11,566 nt of DNA from a bacterium (lineage in GTDB: Bacteria > Krumholzibacteriota > Krumholzibacteriia > LZORAL124-64-63), in NCBI GenBank assembly GCA_031441465.1, contig JANOEP010000060.1, positions 1 through 11,566 on the forward strand. Reading direction: 5' to 3'. Numbering within the stretch: position 1 is the stretch's first letter; the number at the start of each line of letters is the position of its first letter. A program made the position numbers and the translations under genes. The notes under the pieces are model-generated. The model was not told where the DNA came from and did no database searches. It worked only from the letters and a program-made list of their open reading frames with translations. Positions 7,218-11,566 of this stretch are shown piece by piece.

Positions 7218-9026
7218 ATGGCCCTGCTGACCCTCAAGGACATCCTGCTGGCCCACGGCGGCCCGCCCGTACTCGACGGCGTGGACCTGCGTTTGGAGAA
7301 GGGCGAGCGCGTCTGCCTGCTCGGGCGCAACGGCGAGGGCAAGACCACCCTGCTGCGCGTGCTCGCGGGCGAGGCGCCGCCGGACGCCGGCGAGGTGATC
7401 CGCGCCGCCGGGCTGCGGGTGGGCCTGCTGCCCCAGGAGATCCCCGCCGACCTGCACGGCCGCGCGGCCGATGTGGTGGCCGGAGGTTTGCCGGCGGGCG
7501 TCGAGCCTTGGGAGATCGCCCACCGGGTCTCCGGGGTCCTGGACCAGGTCGGCCTGGACGCGGACGCCGAGGTCTCCGAGATGTCGACCGGCCAGCGCCG
7601 TCGCGTGCTGCTGGCACGCGCGCTCGCCGGGGAGCCCGACCTGCTGCTGCTGGACGAACCGACCAACCACCTGGACATTCCGGCGATCCGCTGGCTCGAG
7701 TCCTTCCTGCAGCGCTGGCGCGGCACGCTGCTGTTCGTGACGCACGACCGCGCCTTCCTGCGGGCGCTGGCGGGGCGCATCCTCGAACTGGACCGCGGCC
7801 GCCTGCGCGACTGGCGCTGCGACTACGACACCTTCCTGCGCCGGCGCGACGAGGACCTGGCCGCCGAGCGTCGCCAACGGAACGAGTTCGACCGCGTGCT
7901 GGCCCAGGAGGAGGCCTGGATCCGCCAGGGGGTCCGCGAGCGTCGGACGCGCAACGAAGGGCGCGTGCGTCGGCTGCTCGAACTGCGCGAAGAACGGTTC
8001 GCCCGGCGCGAGCAGGGCGCCGCCGCCCAGATCGCGGTGCAGGACGCCGAGCGCAGCGGCAAGCTGGTGCTGCGGGCCGAACAGGTCGATGCCGGTTACG
8101 GCGACCGCGTGGTGGTGCGCGGCCTGACCACCTCGATCCTGCGCGGGGACAAGGTCGGCGTGCTCGGGCCCAACGGCGCCGGCAAGACGACGCTGCTGCG
8201 GGTGCTGCTCGGGGAACTCGAGCCGCTCGCCGGGCGAATCCGGCGGGGCGCGAACTTGAAGATCGCCTACTCCGATCAGCAGCGCGACGCCCTGGACCCG
8301 GCGCTCTCGGTGCAGGAAAACATCGCCTCGGGCCGCGACCACGTCGTGATCAACGGGCAGCACGTCCACGTCATCACCTACCTGCAGCGCTTCCTGTTCC
8401 CACCCGAGCAGGCCCGCGCGCCCATCACCCGGCTCAGCGGCGGCGAACGCAACCGCCTGCTGCTGGCCAAGCTCTTCACCCAGCCGGCGAACGTGCTGGT
8501 CCTGGACGAACCGACCAACGACCTCGACCTCGAAACGCTGGAATTGCTCGAGGAGCTGCTCGTCGATTTCGAAGGGACGGTCCTACTGGTCAGCCACGAC
8601 CGCGAGTTCCTGGACAACGTGGCCACCTCGACCCTGGTCGTGGGTCACGACGGGAGCGTGCTGGAATCGGTCGGGGGCTACCAGGACTGGCAACGGGTCG
8701 AGGCGGCCGCCGCCGCCGCGATCGTCGCCTCCCGCCCCGCCCCGCGCGAGGAGCCGGCGTCGCCGCGGGGGAAGCCGCGCGCCGAGGCGCCCCGACGCCT
8801 GACCTGGAAGGAGACGCGCGAACTCGAGGCCCTGCCCCCACGGATCGAGGCGTCGGAGCAGCGCCGCGACGAACTGCATGCCCGCCTGGCTGATCCCGCA
8901 CTCTACCAGCGCGCCGGGGACGAAGTCCCGGCCCTGCGGTCGGAGCTGGAGGCTGTCGAAACGGAACTGGTCGCGACCTATGCCCGCTGGGAAGAACTGG
9001 AATCGATCCGTGAGACTCCAAACTGA
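7218..9026 (+). CDS. uup: ABC-F family ATPase Uup (602 aa)
   Basis: ATG 7218 with SD GAGGA. Two ABC domains (GRNGEGKTT/MSTGQ/LLLLDEPTNHLD and GPNGAGKTT/LSGGE/VLVLDEPTNDLD), no TM segments. Uup-type linker EEAWIRQGVRERRTRNEGRVRRL and C-terminal coiled-coil LTWKETRELEALP...YARWEELE. Confidence 0.92.
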   Translation: MALLTLKDILLAHGGPPVLDGVDLRLEKGERVCLLGRNGEGKTTLLRVLAGEAPPDAGEVIRAAGLRVGLLPQEIPADLHGRAADVVAGGLPAGVEPWEIAHRVSGVLDQVGLDADAEVSEMSTGQRRRVLLARALAGEPDLLLLDEPTNHLDIPAIRWLESFLQRWRGTLLFVTHDRAFLRALAGRILELDRGRLRDWRCDYDTFLRRRDEDLAAERRQRNEFDRVLAQEEAWIRQGVRERRTRNEGRVRRLLELREERFARREQGAAAQIAVQDAERSGKLVLRAEQVDAGYGDRVVVRGLTTSILRGDKVGVLGPNGAGKTTLLRVLLGELEPLAGRIRRGANLKIAYSDQQRDALDPALSVQENIASGRDHVVINGQHVHVITYLQRFLFPPEQARAPITRLSGGERNRLLLAKLFTQPANVLVLDEPTNDLDLETLELLEELLVDFEGTVLLVSHDREFLDNVATSTLVVGHDGSVLESVGGYQDWQRVEAAAAAAIVASRPAPREEPASPRGKPRAEAPRRLTWKETRELEALPPRIEASEQRRDELHARLADPALYQRAGDEVPALRSELEAVETELVATYARWEELESIRETPN

Positions 9027-9030
9027 CAAT

Positions 9031-9049
9031 TGCTTCATAATATAAAGTA
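9031..9049. promoter_or_regulatory. Candidate palindromic operator 1 (TGCTTC-N7-AAAGTA)
   Basis: Imperfect inverted repeat in the only strongly AT-rich patch of the window. It has the same half-site and spacing pattern as the site at 9102-9120. Confidence 0.45.
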
Positions 9050-9076
9050 TCTACCGTAATTCTAGTGATTTTCTGC

Positions 9077-9105
9077 TTGACCCCCTCCTGCGACCTGCCG
9101 ATACT
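9077..9105 (+). promoter_or_regulatory. Sigma70-type promoter of the microcompartment operon
   Basis: TTGACC (9077-9082) - 17 nt - GATACT (9100-9105), preceded by an AT-rich UP-element-like tract (about 9027-9072). Confidence 0.6.
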
Positions 9106-9120
9106 TCCAATCGTGAAGCT
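9102..9120. promoter_or_regulatory. Candidate palindromic operator 2 (TACTTC-N7-GAAGCT) overlapping -10/+1
   Basis: Imperfect inverted repeat CTTC-N7-GAAG covering the -10 box and the predicted transcription start, a typical repressor position. Confidence 0.45.
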
Positions 9121-9152
9121 TACCCGAGATCGCCAGGCCGGAAGATGACGCG

Positions 9153-9494
9153 ATGCCCGAATTCGACGCGACCCTGGCCTCCCCGGCCCGCCTGACGATC
9201 GTCGCCGCCCTGATCCAGGGGCAGCCCAAGAGCTTCATGGAATTGAGAAGCGAGACGGGACTGGCCGACGGGAATCTCCACGTGCAGACGCGCCACCTGT
9301 CGGAGGCCGGATGCGTGGGGATCCGCAAGACCCAGCAGGGGCGGCGCACGATCACCACCTTCCAGCTCACCGAGGAAGGTCTGGCCCGCTTCCAACGCTT
9401 CGTCAGACTGCTGCAAGCGGTCCTGGATTCCGAATCCGGCGAGAACCGCGCCACCCCCGGCGGCGGGCCGGGCGCCCCCGAGCGGGTCTGGTAG
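9153..9494 (+). CDS. Winged-helix transcriptional regulator (HTH_34, MarR/ArsR-like), 113 aa
   Basis: Pattern PARLTIVAAL...SFMELRSETGLADGNLHVQTRHLSEAGCVGIRK...GRRTITTFQLTEEG matches the 'F.eL...gltdGNL..h...L..aG.v...K...gr...T...lT..G' signature of this family. It is the first gene of a tightly spaced operon. Confidence 0.85.
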   Translation: MPEFDATLASPARLTIVAALIQGQPKSFMELRSETGLADGNLHVQTRHLSEAGCVGIRKTQQGRRTITTFQLTEEGLARFQRFVRLLQAVLDSESGENRATPGGGPGAPERVW

Positions 9495-9506
9495 GGAGGT
9501 TGACGG

Positions 9507-10838
9507 ATGAAGATCGCCATCGGCGCCGACCACGGCGGATTCGACCTCAAGACCAGGCTGGCCGGCCACCTGAAGTCCCAGGGGCACGAGGTGCTCGACC
9601 TTGGCACTTCATCCCATGAAGCTGTCGACTATCCCGTCTACGCTCTGGCCGTCGCCCAGGCCGTAGCCGACGGCCGCGCCCAGCGCGGCGTCATGATCGA
9701 CGGCGCCGGCATCGGCTCCTGCATGGTCGCCAACAAGGTCCCCGGCGTGCGCGCCGCCATGGCCTACGACCTCTCCAGCGCCCGCAACGGCCGCGAGCAC
9801 AACGACGCCAACCTGCTGACTCTCGGCGCCGGCCTGATCGGCGCCGCCCTGGCCGTCCAGATCCTGGACGTGTTCCTGACGACCGACTGCAAGGAGCCCC
9901 GCCACCAACGGAGGGTGGCGATGATCGACGACGTCGAGAAGGGACGCGCCGCCCCCGGCGGCCACGCGGCCGCCGCCGACGACGCGCTGTCCCCGGAGGA
10001 TCTCGACCGCATCGTCGCCAGGCTGGAACGCCTGGTGGGCTCGACGACGGGGGCCGCGTGCGAAGGACCGTGCGTGGCTTCCGCCCCCGACCGCGCGCGG
10101 CGCCTGGTGGAACTGGGCGCCACCCGCCTCGGCCACGGCCCCGGCTCGCCCGGGGAGATCCCCCGCGACCTGGCCCGCTACATCGACCACACGATCCTGA
10201 AGCCCGACGCCACGCGCGAGCAGGTGCTGGCGCTGTGCGCCGAGGCGCGCAAGTTCCTGTTCCGCTCCATCTGCGTGAACGCCTGCTGGACCAAGACCGT
10301 GAGCGATGCCCTGCGGGGCACGCCGGTCTTGACCTGCACGGTCGTCGGTTTCCCGCTGGGCGCCTCGCTGCCCGAGATCAAGGCGGCCGAAGCGCGCCGC
10401 GCCATCCGCGACGGGGCCCGCGAGATCGACATGGTCATCAACGTCGGCGCGCTCAAGGGCGGCGACGACGACTACGTGCTGAACGACATCCGCGCCGTGG
10501 TCGAGGCCTGCCGCGACGGCGGCGCCGTCTGCAAGGTCATCATCGAGACCGCGCTGTTGACCGACGACGAGAAGCGCCGGGCCTGCGAGGCCGCCCGCCG
10601 CGCCCGCGCGCACTTCGTCAAGACCTCGACCGGCTTCGCCAAGGGCGGCGCCACGGCTGAGGACGTCGCCCTGATGACCGCGGTGGTCCAGGGCGCCGGC
10701 ATGGAAGTCAAGGCGTCGGGCGGCATCCGCAGCTACGCGGACGCGCGCCGGATGATCGAGGCGGGCGCCACGCGCATCGGCGCCAGCGCCAGCGTGGCCA
10801 TCATGGAAGAAGCCGGCGTCGGCGCCGGCAGCAAGTAG
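9507..10838 (+). CDS. deoC: RpiB/LacAB-family sugar-phosphate isomerase fused to deoxyribose-phosphate aldolase, with an internal encapsulation-peptide-like linker (443 aa)
   Basis: SD GGGAGG. Residues 1-145 are RpiB fold (IAIGADHGG, VDYP, ANKVPGVRAA, REHNDAN, RHQRRV). Residues ~221-443 are DeoC (YIDHTILKP, VVGFPLG, GAREIDMVIN, KVIIET, Schiff-base FVKTSTGF, VKASGGIR, GATRIG). Confidence 0.93.
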   Translation: MKIAIGADHGGFDLKTRLAGHLKSQGHEVLDLGTSSHEAVDYPVYALAVAQAVADGRAQRGVMIDGAGIGSCMVANKVPGVRAAMAYDLSSARNGREHNDANLLTLGAGLIGAALAVQILDVFLTTDCKEPRHQRRVAMIDDVEKGRAAPGGHAAAADDALSPEDLDRIVARLERLVGSTTGAACEGPCVASAPDRARRLVELGATRLGHGPGSPGEIPRDLARYIDHTILKPDATREQVLALCAEARKFLFRSICVNACWTKTVSDALRGTPVLTCTVVGFPLGASLPEIKAAEARRAIRDGAREIDMVINVGALKGGDDDYVLNDIRAVVEACRDGGAVCKVIIETALLTDDEKRRACEAARRARAHFVKTSTGFAKGGATAEDVALMTAVVQGAGMEVKASGGIRSYADARRMIEAGATRIGASASVAIMEEAGVGAGSK

Positions 10839-10880
10839 ACGAAACCGAGCTAGTTGTCGAGCCCAGGCAAGGAGCGGACC

Positions 10881-11510
10881 ATGGTCGACCTCAGGGCCTT
10901 CGTCGTCATCGACAGCCTGCAGCCGCAGTTCGCCGCCTTCCTGGCGACGGTGGCCCAGGGCTTCCTGCCCCGCACCGGCCAGGCGAGCCTGTTCGTCGAG
11001 ATCGCGCCGGGCATGGAGATCAACCGCGTCACCGACATCGCCCTGAAGAGCACGCGCGTGACGCCGGGCATGCAGATCGTCGAGCGCCACTTCGGCATGC
11101 TCGAGGTGCACGCCGACAGCCAGGCCGACGTGCGCCAGGCCGGCGCCGCCATCCTGGAGGCCCTGGAACTGACGGAGGACCAGCGGCTGCGGCCGCGGGT
11201 GGTCAGCGACCAGGTCGTGCGCCACCTCGACGACCACCAGTGCATGCTGATCAACCGCATGCGGCACGGCAACATGATCATGGCCGGCCAGACCCTCTTC
11301 ATCCTCGAGTGCGAGCCGGCGGCCTACGCCGCGCTCGCGGCCAACGAGGCGGAGAAGGCGGCGCCGATCCGCCTGGTCGGACTCGGCAACAACGGTGCGG
11401 TCGGACGATTGCGTCTCGCCGGCACCGACGCCCACATCGAAGCCGCGGTCGCGGCCGTGCACCGCGCGCTGGCTGGAGTTCGCGGCCGCACGAACCAGGG
11501 GATCGACTGA
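10881..11510 (+). CDS. Bacterial microcompartment tandem-domain shell protein, CcmP/CsoS1D-type (BMC-T, stacked and gated class), 209 aa
   Basis: ATG 10881 with SD AAGGAG. Motifs LRAFVVIDSLQPQFAAFL, GQASLFVEIAPGMEINRVTDIALK, QIVERHFGMLEVH, LINRMRHG, ECEPAAYAALAANEAEKAA and GAVGRLRLAG are characteristic of CcmP/CsoS1D and Haliangium BMC-T2/T3-like proteins. Confidence 0.93.
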   Translation: MVDLRAFVVIDSLQPQFAAFLATVAQGFLPRTGQASLFVEIAPGMEINRVTDIALKSTRVTPGMQIVERHFGMLEVHADSQADVRQAGAAILEALELTEDQRLRPRVVSDQVVRHLDDHQCMLINRMRHGNMIMAGQTLFILECEPAAYAALAANEAEKAAPIRLVGLGNNGAVGRLRLAGTDAHIEAAVAAVHRALAGVRGRTNQGID

Positions 11511-11566
11511 TGTTCCTCGGACGTGTCGTCGGCGAAGTCTGGGCCACGAAGAAGTCCGCCGATCTG
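11510..11566 (+). CDS. 5' fragment of an EutN/CcmL family BMC vertex (pentamer) protein
   Basis: Not in the ORF track. The ATG overlaps the BMC-T stop (TGATG) and reads MFLGRVVGEVWATKKSADL..., matching the M.lgrV.G.vwaT.K...L N-terminus of BMC-P proteins. Confidence 0.88.
   Translation, partial: MFLGRVVGEVWATKKSADL

Noticed and set aside
9027..9072. Sharp AT-rich patch as a possible insertion scar or mobile element end
   Set aside because: No transposase, integrase, tRNA or target duplication is visible. It is better explained as promoter UP element and operator DNA.
7106..11462. Overlapping ORFs 7154..8893(+), 7161..8369(-), 7106..7780(-), 9062..9607(-), 9120..9587(-), 9609..11462(-) and others
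   Set aside because: They are shadows of uup, the regulator, rpiB-deoC and BMC-T, each of which has clear family motifs and SD sequences.
10881..11566. Carboxysome interpretation of the CcmP/CsoS1D-like and CcmL-like genes
   Set aside because: No RuBisCO or carbonic anhydrase in the window, and the adjacent cargo is RpiB-DeoC, pointing to a catabolic microcompartment.
1..11566. CRISPR arrays, tRNA/rRNA genes, defence or phage genes
   Set aside because: I saw no repeat-spacer arrays or recognisable RNA genes. The TPR protein is exported and has no visible nuclease or NTPase domain.

Overview
High-GC bacterial DNA (roughly 70% by eye; FCB-group affinity such as Krumholzibacteriota/Latescibacterota is inferred from a YPNPFNP-type C-terminal sorting domain, not proven). 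The window has three parts. (1) A minus-strand outer-membrane uptake cluster: TonB-dependent receptor, secreted Asp-rich beta-helix-type protein with a T9SS/FlgD-like C-terminal domain, long exported TPR protein, and the 5' end of a probable ExbB/MotA-family gene. Two promoters in this cluster share one architecture: four heptamers at exact 11-bp period, then 10 nt, then a TANNNT -10 box. This is Pho-box-like (PhoB/OmpR family). (2) A divergently transcribed ABC-F ATPase (Uup). (3) The start of a bacterial microcompartment operon of the sugar-phosphate-utilisation (SPU) type: a sigma70-like promoter with two candidate palindromic operators, a winged-helix regulator, an RpiB-encapsulation peptide-DeoC fusion whose RpiB domain lacks the canonical catalytic Cys, a CcmP/CsoS1D-type BMC-T shell gene and the 5' end of an EutN/CcmL pentamer gene. 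The most interesting hypothesis, which is inference only, is a phosphate-starvation-induced organophosphate or nucleic-acid scavenging apparatus next to an organelle that catabolises (deoxy)ribose phosphates.
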